A stretch of DNA of 63,816 nt, filler included, from Candidatus Coatesbacteria bacterium (GTDB lineage: Bacteria; JAFGND01): NCBI GenBank assembly GCA_016927185.1. It is 5 parts of 5 records of this genome, joined end to end, with 100 filler letters (N's around TTAATTAATTAA, not from the genome) between each part and the next. Parts side by side here need not be neighbours in the genome. Positions count along the whole stretch, not along the records: positions 26,298 to 36,688 come from JAFGND010000058.1; positions 36,789 to 47,105 come from JAFGND010000059.1; 3 more parts are not named here. One strand, 5' to 3'. Below the pieces are notes generated by a model, which saw only the letters and a list, made by a program, of their open reading frames with translations, did no database searches and was not told the DNA's origin. Below, one piece after another: positions 32,194-42,355 of this stretch. Each line of letters begins with the position of its first letter. Within the stretch, counting starts at the first letter, position 1. Both the position numbers and the translations under genes were made by a program.

Positions 32194-32512
32194 TCTTCTC
32201 TCCTTGTTTAAGCTCCCTTGCAGTGAAAGATTTTACTGCGAACAAATGATTTGTATGAAATGAAGATGCATTTATAAGGATTTCGGGATTTTCAAAAGAC
32301 ACTGCCTTATCAGGAGCAAAACCGCTGCTTTCATACATTGGATATGTCAAAGGTTCCACATCTTCAGTATCTATTTCCTGCAATTTATCAACCATTCTTA
32401 AGATATCTTCGAATTTTTTCTTAAATTCAATAAGCTCATTATCATCAAATGATAATCCTGCAAGTTTTGCAATTTCCTTTACTTCCTCTATAGTTACTCT
32501 CTCTTTTTCCAT
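32183..32512 (-). CDS. gatC: Asp-tRNA(Asn)/Glu-tRNA(Gln) amidotransferase subunit C
   Basis: EEVKEIAKLA.L, IL..VDKLQEIDTEDVEP. Confidence 0.88.
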   Translation of the reverse strand: MEKERVTIEEVKEIAKLAGLSFDDNELIEFKKKFEDILRMVDKLQEIDTEDVEPLTYPMYESSGFAPDKAVSFENPEILINASSFHTNHLFAVKSFTARELKQGEKNEG

Positions 32513-33414
32513 CAGAAACTTATTCCTAGCTCAAATCTGTGGTTAACTCCTAAATCATACTTGAAGGGAGTGAAGGAATAATCTATTGATGCGAAACCCT
32601 TGGTTAATCCAGCTCCTGTACTGAAAAAAGATACTTCTGAAAGCGGTTTCAAGCCAAATCTTACTGTCAGGATATCATAGAATACTGTCTGCACGCCTGA
32701 GTAGATTTCAAATCTTTCATTGTAAATCTGGCTTAAATCCATGGATGCAATTATTCTTGCTGGTTTCATGTCAAATGGCAATGTATAAGCAGTGCCCATA
32801 CGTAATTCTATTGGCATCATTATTTTCTCGTCATCAATTGCCTTCTTTGGAGCCAGATTCTTTAAAGCAAGTGAAAACCTCAAATCCTTGTTGAATTGAT
32901 AATTGCTACCTAAATCAACTGCTCCCCACCATATTTCATCCCATGCAATTTTCTCGTAAAGGAATTTAACTGCGATGCCTGTTGCCAGTTTTTCGCTCAT
33001 TTTCCTTGCATATGCCAGGGAAAAGTTGAAATCAGTTGATGTGAATGTATAAAGGGGCTTCTCACTTGCCTTGTCCCTTGCTTCAATATCCTCTACATGT
33101 AGTGTTGTTACAGCAAATCCAAATCCATATTTTTCCCTGGAAATGCTTGCTGAAACATAGTCATGATACATGCCAGCGAGCCAGCTATTATGAGAGAAAG
33201 TCATGTTGACTGATCTTCCCTCTGTCAATCCTGCTGGATTCCATCCGATTGCCTGTGAGCCATCAGCCAGAGATAGAAAAGCTTCTCCCAATCCAGTGCT
33301 TTCAGCTCCAGGATAGATCAGAAGTGAAGCAAAACCTGCTTTTTCTGCCATTATCAAACCTGAAAAAAATAGCAAGCAGGTTAAAGCTGTTCTAACGAAC
33401 AAGGCTTGATACAA
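32512..33414 (-). CDS. PorV/PorQ family outer-membrane beta-barrel
   Basis: L.I.PGA...GLGEA, A.GWNPAGL, SH..WL, beta-strand pattern ending in F; likely TTG start at 33414. Confidence 0.85.
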   Translation of the reverse strand: MYQALFVRTALTCLLFFSGLIMAEKAGFASLLIYPGAESTGLGEAFLSLADGSQAIGWNPAGLTEGRSVNMTFSHNSWLAGMYHDYVSASISREKYGFGFAVTTLHVEDIEARDKASEKPLYTFTSTDFNFSLAYARKMSEKLATGIAVKFLYEKIAWDEIWWGAVDLGSNYQFNKDLRFSLALKNLAPKKAIDDEKIMMPIELRMGTAYTLPFDMKPARIIASMDLSQIYNERFEIYSGVQTVFYDILTVRFGLKPLSEVSFFSTGAGLTKGFASIDYSFTPFKYDLGVNHRFELGISF

Positions 33415-33829
33415 TAACGTTATTCTCCCTGAGTCTGAATGCAAACACCTCAAGCAAAGCTCTTAAAATCTTGTTGGCAATCAATGGAGAGCTTTTCTGG
33501 GGATCAAACAAAACATGACTTGAAAGGGTTCTCAAAGTACTGTCTTTTACTGCCCTTGCAGTAGCAGACCTTTTTGACTGGTCAATTATTGCCATTTCAC
33601 CGAAATACTGTCCTTCATCAAGAACAGCAAGAACAACAACCTTGTCATCCCCGATATTTTTCAGGATTTCAACTTCTCCTGTGTCAATAATGAACATGTG
33701 AGAACCTTCATCATTCTCATTAAAGATGATTTCCCCCTTCTTGACTTCAACAATACCTATATCATCCTGTAATTCCTCAAGTTCTTCAGATCTCAAGTAT
33801 TTGAACAGAATTGCTCGTTCAAGTGACAT
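33392..33829 (-). CDS. Stand-alone cyclic nucleotide-binding domain protein
   Basis: GEIIF.E, FGEMAII..RSATARA. Confidence 0.9.
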   Translation of the reverse strand: MSLERAILFKYLRSEELEELQDDIGIVEVKKGEIIFNENDEGSHMFIIDTGEVEILKNIGDDKVVVLAVLDEGQYFGEMAIIDQSKRSATARAVKDSTLRTLSSHVLFDPQKSSPLIANKILRALLEVFAFRLRENNVIVSSLVR

Positions 33830-33930
33830 CTTCTACCTCCCCAAAGATATTATGAATAAACTCCAAAATCAATTAAACATTTTATGTCAATACTTTTTTA
33901 AACAGTTTAGATTCATGTAATAGGTCAGTT

Positions 33931-35199
33931 TTATGTTTCGTCATCGCCTTCCTTGATTCTCTTCATCTGAGCTCCTACTGCTGCCAGTTTCTCCTCAATT
34001 TTCTCGTATCCCCTGTCAATATGATAAACCCTCAGGATTTCAGTCTCGCCATCTGCAACAAGACCTGCAAGAACTAGTGCAGCTGAAGCTCTCAGATCGC
34101 TTGCCATTACTGATGCCCCTTCAAGCTTGTGTACACCTGTTACCAATGCCTTGTTGTCTTCAATGACTATCTGGGCACCGAGTCTGCACAGTTCAGGTGC
34201 ATGGCTGAATCTTTCCGGATAAATTCCTTCGGTAATTACACTTCTTCCGTCAGCAACTGACAGTATAGCCATCATCTGAGCCTGCATATCAGTAGGAAAA
34301 GCCGGGAATGGGTGAGTATGAATGTCAGTTGGCTTTATTACTGAAGGTCCTGCAACCTCAATTCCATTCTTCACTGTTTTAACAGTAGCTCCAACCTCTC
34401 TCATTTTCCGGATTATTGTCTTGATATTCTTCTGGTCAGCTCCCTCCAGTGTCAATCTGCTGCCGGTAATTACTGCTGCAGCCATATATGTTCCTGTCTC
34501 AATCCTGTCAGGAATGTTTGTGAAATCTGTTGGCTGCAATTGTTCTACTCCTTTTATTTCAATTATGTCAGATCCAGCTCCTTTTATCTTTGCACCCATG
34601 CTGCTTAAGAATTGCGCAAGAGCAACAACTTCTGGCTCTTTTGCAACATTCTCCAGGATAGTATCGCCTTTTGCCAGAGTAGCAGCCATCATTGCCTGTG
34701 CTGTAGCGCCAACACTCACCAAATCAAAGAAAATCTCACAACCATGCAGTTCTTCAGCATCTGCAATAATGTAACCTTTTTCAAGACGTATTCTTGCTCC
34801 CAGTGCTTCAAGTGCTTTTATGTGCTGGTCCACTGGTCTCGGTCCAATTACGCAGCCTCCAGGCAGGGAAACCTTGGCTTTTTTCATGTGAGCCAGAAGC
34901 GGAGCCAGTACATAATAAGTTGCCCTCATTTTCCTTACAAGATCATAAGGTGCTTCTGGATAATTGAAGGTTTCGGTATCAATCTGAAGAACATTGTCTT
35001 CAAAAACGACCTTCGCCCCGATTATTCTCAAGACATTGGACATTGTGTGTACATCAACAAGATCAGGAACATTTCTGATTGTTGTCAATCCTCTTGTCAG
35101 TAGACTTGCTGCCATCATGGGTAACACAGCATTCTTGCTTCCTGAAATTGGAATTGTCCCGGAAAGTCTTTCTCTTCCTCTTATAAGGAGTTTATCCAT
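33931..35199 (-). CDS. murA: UDP-N-acetylglucosamine 1-carboxyvinyltransferase
   Basis: GSKNA, LPGGCVIGPRPVDQH, PDRIE, FPTDMQ, DLRA, HIDRGY. Confidence 0.97.
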   Translation of the reverse strand: MDKLLIRGRERLSGTIPISGSKNAVLPMMAASLLTRGLTTIRNVPDLVDVHTMSNVLRIIGAKVVFEDNVLQIDTETFNYPEAPYDLVRKMRATYYVLAPLLAHMKKAKVSLPGGCVIGPRPVDQHIKALEALGARIRLEKGYIIADAEELHGCEIFFDLVSVGATAQAMMAATLAKGDTILENVAKEPEVVALAQFLSSMGAKIKGAGSDIIEIKGVEQLQPTDFTNIPDRIETGTYMAAAVITGSRLTLEGADQKNIKTIIRKMREVGATVKTVKNGIEVAGPSVIKPTDIHTHPFPAFPTDMQAQMMAILSVADGRSVITEGIYPERFSHAPELCRLGAQIVIEDNKALVTGVHKLEGASVMASDLRASAALVLAGLVADGETEILRVYHIDRGYEKIEEKLAAVGAQMKRIKEGDDET

Positions 35200-36359
35200 A
35201 ATTCCACCCCTTTTGCAAGGCGTTTCAAGCCTTCAATTATATTTTCATCTGAAGTTGCAAAACTCAATCTGACATGATTCTCAATGCCGAATGCATTTCC
35301 TGATATCACAAGAATATGAACATTGTCAAGAAGGAAATTACAGAAATCAGATATTTCCCTTCCCTTCAATATTTCGCTGCAATCAACCAGGATATAAAAC
35401 GCTCCCTCTGGCTTGTTTGCCTTGAGACCCTTTATCTCATTTATTCCCTTGAAAATGATTTCCTTCCTTCTCTCGAATGCAGTCACCATTCCTTCTACAT
35501 CTTTTGCTTCACCATCCAGAGCTTTTACTGCAGCTTTCTGGGCAATGGAGTTGGGGCAACTTGTTGTATGGCTCTGGAATAAAACAATTTTCTTGATGAT
35601 ATCCTCAGGACCTGCTGCATATCCAATCCTCCATCCAGTCATGGAATATGCCTTGCTCATTCCATTTACAACAAATGTCTTGTCCTTCATGTCCGGGCAG
35701 AGATAAGGAATTGAGTAATGCTCATGTCCGTTAAAAACTATCTTCTCATATATTTCATCTGATATTATCCATACATTGTTTTTCAAAGCCCATTCAGCAA
35801 TATCCTTAAGCTCATCTTTCGAATACACTTCACTTGTAGGATTGTTGGGGCTGTTTATAATGAATGCAACTGTCTTGTCAGTTCTTTTCTTTTCCAGATC
35901 AGTTGCACTTACCTTGAATGTTTTTGATGAACTGGACACAACATTCACAGGAACTCCCCCTGCTGCATAAATCATGTCTGGATAGCTAACCCAGTATGGT
36001 TTCTGAATAAGTATTTCTCCCCCTGCTGGACAGATTGCATAACATATGTTGAATAATGAATGCTTTGCCCCGTTACTGACTACAATATTTGAAGGCTTGT
36101 ACTCTATCTTGTTATCCTTAAGTAGTTTCTGGCATATTGCGTCACGAAGTTCGATTATACCTGATGTTGGAGTATATTTGGTAAAATCATTATTCAATGC
36201 TTTTTCAGCTTCCTCTTTTATTGGTTTCGGTGTAGGAAAATCAGGTTCACCTGCACCAAAGCTAATGACATTAATACCTTTTTCCTTCAATTTATTAACC
36301 TTGGCAATAGATCCAAGAGTTTCTGAAGGCTTGAGATTTCTCAACAGTTCTGATGACAT
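35181..36359 (-). CDS. PLP-dependent class I aminotransferase (aspartate aminotransferase-like)
   Basis: GEPDF, NSPNNPT, SDEIY, SKAYSMTGWRIG; AAGGAG RBS before ATG 36359. Confidence 0.92.
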   Translation of the reverse strand: MSSELLRNLKPSETLGSIAKVNKLKEKGINVISFGAGEPDFPTPKPIKEEAEKALNNDFTKYTPTSGIIELRDAICQKLLKDNKIEYKPSNIVVSNGAKHSLFNICYAICPAGGEILIQKPYWVSYPDMIYAAGGVPVNVVSSSSKTFKVSATDLEKKRTDKTVAFIINSPNNPTSEVYSKDELKDIAEWALKNNVWIISDEIYEKIVFNGHEHYSIPYLCPDMKDKTFVVNGMSKAYSMTGWRIGYAAGPEDIIKKIVLFQSHTTSCPNSIAQKAAVKALDGEAKDVEGMVTAFERRKEIIFKGINEIKGLKANKPEGAFYILVDCSEILKGREISDFCNFLLDNVHILVISGNAFGIENHVRLSFATSDENIIEGLKRLAKGVELWINSL

Positions 36360-36688
36360 AATAACTCCTTGATTGTTAACCTTCTGCAAAGCCCATAAAT
36401 GAGCTTGATTTTGTCAAGAAAAGATGATTTCAATTATTTCTCCTTTCATTGCTTGCCATTTTCTTTTTCATATAGCTTTTCACTCCTTTCTTATACAACT
36501 ACTAAAAAACTTGAAATCTTTTTCTGTTTTTAAGTTTCACCTATAATATAAGGACAAAACTTGATTTTGTCAAGGGAAAAAATTAATTTTTTAAAAAAGG
36601 TAGCTATTCTTACTATAAAAGTAGTTAAAAGTATATAAAAGTAATAACTTTTGGACTATTTTTTATATAATTATAAACATAAAAACAT

Positions 36689-36788
36689 NNNNNNNNNNNN
36701 NNNNNNNNNNNNNNNNNNNNNNNNNNNNNNNNTTAATTAATTAANNNNNNNNNNNNNNNNNNNNNNNNNNNNNNNNNNNNNNNNNNNN
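36689..36788. other. Artificial contig-joining linker
   Basis: N44-TTAATTAATTAA-N44. Confidence 0.97.
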
Positions 36789-37457
36789 ATCGGTTTTGGA
36801 TTCCCTGTATATGCATTTGCTCCTCCCAGATGGGTATTGGATAGATGGGAGAAAAGCATCCCTGATAGCTCCTGCAGACAGAAAGCTTTTGTTTTCTTGA
36901 CAGCAGGTAGTATTTTCTTTAACGCAGCATCTCCTGTAATAAAACTCATTAATGAAAAAGGATACGAAGTTTTAAGATCAACCTCTTACCCAATGACAGA
37001 TAACTTTTTTCCAAGACTAATGCAAATGAGTTATTTAAAATCAAGGATAGAAAAGAGATTTGAGGATGCAAGAAAGAAAGTTGAAAATGAAGTAAAATGC
37101 TTGCTGTCATTAGAAAAAAATATTGAAATGCAAAATAGCGGTTGTATCCCTTCAATCGCTTTAAAAACTATTTCAGAAGCATTTGAGCTGAAAGGCAGAA
37201 AATTCTTCGCAAGGAAGTCATACTTTGATGAAACATGCATAAAATGCCAGTTATGTTACAGAACCTGCCCTACTGGAGCTATTAAATATGAAGGAGAGAG
37301 ATTTGTATTTTCAGAAGATTGCATTGATTGCATGCGATGTTATAATATTTGCCCTGTAAATGCAATAATCCGATTTGAACAACCAAGAAGAACTACCACA
37401 GGTATTATGTTTCCCGGTTATCAACCACCATTTGTAAGGGATGCACTTTTACTCTGA
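36789..37457 (+). CDS. EFR1-type flavodoxin-ferredoxin protein (5' truncated)
   Basis: Open from contig edge IGFGFPVYAFAPP; two CxxCxxCxxxCP motifs. Confidence 0.82.
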   Translation: MGFGFPVYAFAPPRWVLDRWEKSIPDSSCRQKAFVFLTAGSIFFNAASPVIKLINEKGYEVLRSTSYPMTDNFFPRLMQMSYLKSRIEKRFEDARKKVENEVKCLLSLEKNIEMQNSGCIPSIALKTISEAFELKGRKFFARKSYFDETCIKCQLCYRTCPTGAIKYEGERFVFSEDCIDCMRCYNICPVNAIIRFEQPRRTTTGIMFPGYQPPFVRDALLL

Positions 37458-38170
37458 TTATTCCTTGCTTCATAATAACCCAGATCTGCCAGTTCTCTGT
37501 CATTTCCTTTAAGTAGTTTAATAACAGTTCTCGGATTCCTGAAAATGAACCAGTGGCCAAACATTTCAAATTTCCTTGTTGATGTTACAATATAAGAGGA
37601 ATTTATTGTCTTGTATTTCCTTCCTGATTTTTTACCAAGCTTCTTTAATCTTCTCGCAAAATCAAGATCTTCTGCAGTCAGGAATTCTTCGTTAAATCCT
37701 TCTATTGCCTCAAAGTCTCTTCTATAGCACCAGAATAGACCTCCAGTGACGCCTTTCAGCAACAACAAAGGAATAAAAAAGAATATCAGACTGCAAATGA
37801 TTCCCAAAGAGTATCTATCAGGCATTATTCTAACACCACCACCAATATACCTACCTGTTTCGAGAAGATTCTTGATTTCCTTAAGCATATTATCAGACAT
37901 CCAGCTATCTGCATCAATAGTGACAATAATTTTACCGGATGCTGCTTTTGCTGCTGCATTTCTGACTCTTGCAATATTCTTGCTGTTTTCATGAACTATT
38001 AGTGAACCGTAACTTCTTGCTATTTCTTCAGTTCTATCACTGCATCTATTGATAGATACTATTACTTCAACTTCTTCTGGAAAATCAACTGAAGCTTTTC
38101 TTATTGATTCAAGGCACTTTCCAATGTACTCATCCTCATTATGAGCAGGGATTATTATGGAGAATAGCAT
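37421..38170 (-). CDS. Glycosyltransferase family 2
   Basis: SIIIPAHNE, IDADS, GFNE...AEDLDF, TSTRKF. Confidence 0.9.
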   Translation of the reverse strand: MLFSIIIPAHNEDEYIGKCLESIRKASVDFPEEVEVIVSINRCSDRTEEIARSYGSLIVHENSKNIARVRNAAAKAASGKIIVTIDADSWMSDNMLKEIKNLLETGRYIGGGVRIMPDRYSLGIICSLIFFFIPLLLLKGVTGGLFWCYRRDFEAIEGFNEEFLTAEDLDFARRLKKLGKKSGRKYKTINSSYIVTSTRKFEMFGHWFIFRNPRTVIKLLKGNDRELADLGYYEARNNQSKSASLTNGG

Positions 38171-38249
38171 TTATTAACCTTTTACAATCATACAAATGAA
38201 ATAATGTTTACATTTCCCATATTTTCTGCTTGCAAAGATAAGCTTAAGA

Positions 38250-38807
38250 ATGAGCTATGTCTATATGGAATTTGACGACATCTTGTCAAGGATTACTATA
38301 ATAAAAGGTGATATAACAAGTCAATCTGTTGATGCAATTGTTAATGCAGCTAATTCATCACTCCTTGGTGGAGGAGGAGTTGATGGAGCGATACATTCAT
38401 CAGCAGGACCTGGACTTTTAGAAGAATGCAGAAAACTTCATGGCTGCAGGACAGGTCAGGCAAAAATAACAAATGGCTATGATCTTCTGGCAAAACATGT
38501 AATCCATACTGTTGGACCTGTATACAAGAATGGAACAACTAATGAAGCTCTATTGCTTGCTTCATGTTATAAAAACTCATTAAGTATTGCTTCAGAACAT
38601 GATATAAAGACAATTGCATTTCCTGCAATTTCAACAGGGATTTATGGATATCCAAAGAAGGAAGCATGCCAGATTGCGATTAAAACAACGATTGAATTTC
38701 TGAAGAATAATAATACCATCAGAGAAGTGAGATTTATTCTTTTTGACGATGTGTCATATAATCTCTATCTGAAAGAAATCAGCAGATATGCCAGTAATAA
38801 TTCATAA
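38250..38807 (+). CDS. Macro domain O-acetyl-ADP-ribose deacetylase (YmdB-like)
   Basis: [39 protein letters not shown]. Confidence 0.93.
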   Translation: MSYVYMEFDDILSRITIIKGDITSQSVDAIVNAANSSLLGGGGVDGAIHSSAGPGLLEECRKLHGCRTGQAKITNGYDLLAKHVIHTVGPVYKNGTTNEALLLASCYKNSLSIASEHDIKTIAFPAISTGIYGYPKKEACQIAIKTTIEFLKNNNTIREVRFILFDDVSYNLYLKEISRYASNNS

Positions 38808-40041
38808 ATATGGTGGAACTTCACTTGGAGAACCATATCTCATAAAAAAAAATGCAGAAAGGGTTGCTGATTGTGCAAAAAAGGGAAACAGTATTGTAGT
38901 AGTTGTTTCTGCAATGGGAAAATCTACTGATAATCTTATTTCTCTTGCAAATGAAGTTTCAAAAAATCCGAATCCTCGAGAACTAGACATGCTGATTTCC
39001 GTGGGAGAAAGAATTACAATGGCTTTATTTGCAATGGCTTTAAATGATTTGGGACTGGAGGCAATCAGTTTTACGGGATCTCAATCTGGCATAATTACAG
39101 ACACAAGACATAACAATGCTCATATCATTGAAATAAGAGCATTCAGAATCAAGGAAGCTTTGGAACAGGGTAAAATAGTTATTGTTGCTGGTTTTCAAGG
39201 GGTTTCTGTTGAAAAGGAAGTAACTACTCTTGGTAGAGGCGGAAGTGATTTGACAGCAATAGCACTTGCAGCTTATCTTGGAGCATCGGAATGTGATATT
39301 TTCACTGATGTAGAAGGTGTTTATACAGCAGATCCCAGAACAGTAAAGTCAGCAAGAAAACTGGAAAAGATAACAACAGATGAAATGCTTGAGCTGGCTA
39401 ATCTTGGAGCAAAAGTCATGTACTCAAGAGCAATGCTGCTTGCAGAAAAATACAGGATACCAATTCATCTGCGATCCAGCTTTATTGATGAAGCGGGGAC
39501 AATTATTACACAGAAAGAACAAGGAGAAAAGAACATGGAAGAACCTGCTGTTCATGCTATCACAAATCTCGATAAACAAGCGATGATCTCTATATATAAG
39601 ATAAACAACTCAGGGAATTATGTCCCTAGAATATTCGAAGAATTGGCTGATAAAGATATTAATATTGATATTATCATTCATAATTCCTGCAAGGGAGAAA
39701 CTTCAGATTTATCTTTCACAATAGCCGAAAAAGATACGACAGAAGCTGAAAAGATAATAAAACAGATCATCACAAGTAATTTTATATGCATAGACAAGCC
39801 ATTGACAAAGATTTCTCTAGTGGGATTAGGAATGTCAAGTTATCCTGGAATAGCTGCCATACTTTATGGGACTTTGTCAAAAGTTAATATTAATACCTAT
39901 TGTGTAGCTACAACAGAGATAAAAATATCAATACTTGTAAAGGAGACAGATAGCCAGCTTGCCATTGAAATGCTTCACAGAGCTTTCAATCTTGATAAAA
40001 TTGAAAAAGAAAGTGGATTTCCTATAATACAAAAATCATGA
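38788..40041 (+). CDS. lysC: Aspartate kinase
   Basis: [32 protein letters not shown], two ACT domains. Confidence 0.95.
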   Translation: MPVIIHKYGGTSLGEPYLIKKNAERVADCAKKGNSIVVVVSAMGKSTDNLISLANEVSKNPNPRELDMLISVGERITMALFAMALNDLGLEAISFTGSQSGIITDTRHNNAHIIEIRAFRIKEALEQGKIVIVAGFQGVSVEKEVTTLGRGGSDLTAIALAAYLGASECDIFTDVEGVYTADPRTVKSARKLEKITTDEMLELANLGAKVMYSRAMLLAEKYRIPIHLRSSFIDEAGTIITQKEQGEKNMEEPAVHAITNLDKQAMISIYKINNSGNYVPRIFEELADKDINIDIIIHNSCKGETSDLSFTIAEKDTTEAEKIIKQIITSNFICIDKPLTKISLVGLGMSSYPGIAAILYGTLSKVNINTYCVATTEIKISILVKETDSQLAIEMLHRAFNLDKIEKESGFPIIQKS

Positions 40042-40991
40042 ATAAATCTTTGATCGGTATCTCAACCTGTTTTAGACCTGGTTATGATCCTAAGACAGAT
40101 AGACAGAAATATTTTCAATTAGTAAATCCGTTTCTTAATAGCCTGTCTGCTATTTCAGAAACAGGAGCAAGATATATTGAGCTTTCTGGGTTACCTGTTG
40201 AATTTACTACAGGAGAAATAGAAGACAGATTAAATGAGATGAATCTGAAGGTTCTTTCTGCACATAATTATATTGATGAAATGTTATTTAATCCAGCAGA
40301 CAGATATGGAGATGATCTTGCTTCACCTAATGATGTAAAAAGAAATGTTGCAATAGAAAGGACAATTAAAAGTGCAAAAAGACTGAAGCAGTTAAAAGGG
40401 AAAGTTCTTGTACTTCATCCTGGAAGCATAACAGAAGCAAGAGGAAGAAATGAATTCTGGAAAACAGTATCTGATGTGATTTCCAGAAAAGCTTCTTATG
40501 AAGATTATAAAAACAAGATTATGAAAATAAGAAATGAGTTTTCCTCTTATTATCTGGAGTCTTTAACAAAAAGCCTTGAAGCATTAATAGATTCAGAGAA
40601 GGACATTGTTTTTGCTCTGGAATGCAGAAATTATCCATATGAATTACCAAATGCAAGGGAACTGAAATTAATTCTTGATGAATTCAGAGGGAAGAACATT
40701 TCTTACTGGCATGATTGTGGTCATGCTTTTTTCAATGAACTTCTTGGATTTTATAAACAACAGGAAATTCTTGATGCTTCTAAAACAAGATTGATTGGTT
40801 TTCATATACATGATGTAAAGATACACGATCATCAAGTTCCTGGAACTGGACTTCTTGACTGGAATTTCCTGAAAACCTATATTGAAAGAGCTAAATACCT
40901 GATTATTGAAGTAGCACCTGATACTCCTTACAATGATTTGAAGAAGGGATTTGATTTCGCAAGAAAACTCATCCATAATGGAGATTTATGA
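40038..40991 (+). CDS. Sugar-phosphate isomerase/AP-endonuclease-2 family TIM barrel
   Basis: LHPG, LE, WHDCGH, HIHD, DH..PG.G metal ligands. Confidence 0.82.
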   Translation: MNKSLIGISTCFRPGYDPKTDRQKYFQLVNPFLNSLSAISETGARYIELSGLPVEFTTGEIEDRLNEMNLKVLSAHNYIDEMLFNPADRYGDDLASPNDVKRNVAIERTIKSAKRLKQLKGKVLVLHPGSITEARGRNEFWKTVSDVISRKASYEDYKNKIMKIRNEFSSYYLESLTKSLEALIDSEKDIVFALECRNYPYELPNARELKLILDEFRGKNISYWHDCGHAFFNELLGFYKQQEILDASKTRLIGFHIHDVKIHDHQVPGTGLLDWNFLKTYIERAKYLIIEVAPDTPYNDLKKGFDFARKLIHNGDL

Positions 40992-41027
40992 TACTGATTA
41001 TTCAAAAATTTTAAACAGAAGCTAAAT

Positions 41028-42077
41028 ATGAATCCCTGGGGTTTCACTGAAAGAGAACTTAAGAATGAAGAAGATCTTGAGAAGCTAAAGGTATTTCTTT
41101 CTTCATTTGACCTTGTATATGAAGATTCAGTCGATTATACAATACTAATCCTTGATAATGAAAATGAAATAATAGCTGCTGGATCACTTTTCAGAAATAT
41201 TTTAAAAGGTCTTGCAGTTAATCAGGATTATCAAGGTGATCAGCTTATCGATTATCTGGTAAGTCATTTGATTTCAGTAGCAAAAGAAAAAGGATATTAT
41301 CATTATTTCATTTTCACTTCTCCCCAGATGGCAGAATCTTTCAAATATCTGGGATTCAATGAAATAGCAAGAGCAGAACAAATGGCTGTACTTCTTGAAT
41401 ATGGTAATCAGAACATTGAAAATTATTATTCAATAATGAAGGAAAAAACAAGCGCTGATTACAGTCTGGAAGGAGCTGGAATTGTTGTTAATTGTAATCC
41501 ATTTACTAATGGACACAGATACCTGATTGAATATGCCAGCCAAAGAGAAAAAAGGGTTCATGTTTTCGTATTAGAAGAGGATTTAAGTACATTTCCTTTT
41601 GAAACAAGATTAATGCTTGTCAGGGAAGGAACAAAAGATTTGGGTAATGTCTTTGTTCATCCTGGAGGTTCTTATATAATCTCTTCAGCTATTTTTCCAG
41701 CATATTTCCTGAAAACTGAAGATGCAAAAACGCTAGCACAAGCAAAGCTGGATGTAAAGATATTTGCGAATTATGTTATGAGAATATTCAACCTGAGTGC
41801 AAGATATGTTGGAGAAGAGCCATATTGTATGGTTACTTCTTGCTATAATAAGGCAATGATGGAAGAACTATTGCCTCTGGGGAAAAAACTCATAATAATT
41901 CCACGCAAGCAGATATCTGGTGAAGTTATTAGCGCATCTCACGTTAGAAAAGCGCTCCGGGAAAATGATTTTACAAAAATCGCCTCTCTAGTTCCTGAAA
42001 CAACGTTGAAATTCCTGAAAAGTGCAGAAGCAAAATACATTATAGAAAAATTGAAAAACAAGGAAAGCAGGCATTAA
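41028..42077 (+). CDS. citC: [Citrate (pro-3S)-lyase] ligase
   Basis: N-terminal GNAT, NCNPFTNGHRYLIE, YIISS..FP.YF, RYVGEEP, ISASHVR. Confidence 0.93.
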   Translation: MNPWGFTERELKNEEDLEKLKVFLSSFDLVYEDSVDYTILILDNENEIIAAGSLFRNILKGLAVNQDYQGDQLIDYLVSHLISVAKEKGYYHYFIFTSPQMAESFKYLGFNEIARAEQMAVLLEYGNQNIENYYSIMKEKTSADYSLEGAGIVVNCNPFTNGHRYLIEYASQREKRVHVFVLEEDLSTFPFETRLMLVREGTKDLGNVFVHPGGSYIISSAIFPAYFLKTEDAKTLAQAKLDVKIFANYVMRIFNLSARYVGEEPYCMVTSCYNKAMMEELLPLGKKLIIIPRKQISGEVISASHVRKALRENDFTKIASLVPETTLKFLKSAEAKYIIEKLKNKESRH

Positions 42078-42355
42078 TGGAAATAATCAATACTGGCCAA
42101 GCTGGAACAGTTGAATCCTCTGACTGCATAATTACTGTTTCACCAAGCGAGAATGGTATGGAGATTAATATTGAAAGTACGGTCAAGCTTCAATTTGGGG
42201 ATCATATAAGAGATCTTATAATAGATTTTTTTAATAAGAAAGGTATAGTAAATGTTTCTCTATTTATAAACGATAGAGGAGCTCTTGATTACGTTATTCT
42301 ATCAAGATTAGAAAGTGCAGTACTTCAGGCTAGTGGATATAAAGAAGGTTTATAA
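42077..42355 (+). CDS. citD: Citrate lyase acyl carrier protein (gamma)
   Basis: AGTVESSD with attachment Ser, QFG, DRGALD...R. Confidence 0.93.
   Translation: MEIINTGQAGTVESSDCIITVSPSENGMEINIESTVKLQFGDHIRDLIIDFFNKKGIVNVSLFINDRGALDYVILSRLESAVLQASGYKEGL

Noticed and set aside
36575-36688. AT-rich contig end with TAAAAGTA x3 as a CRISPR leader or replication origin
   Set aside because: No repeat-spacer array, cas gene or DnaA-box cluster visible
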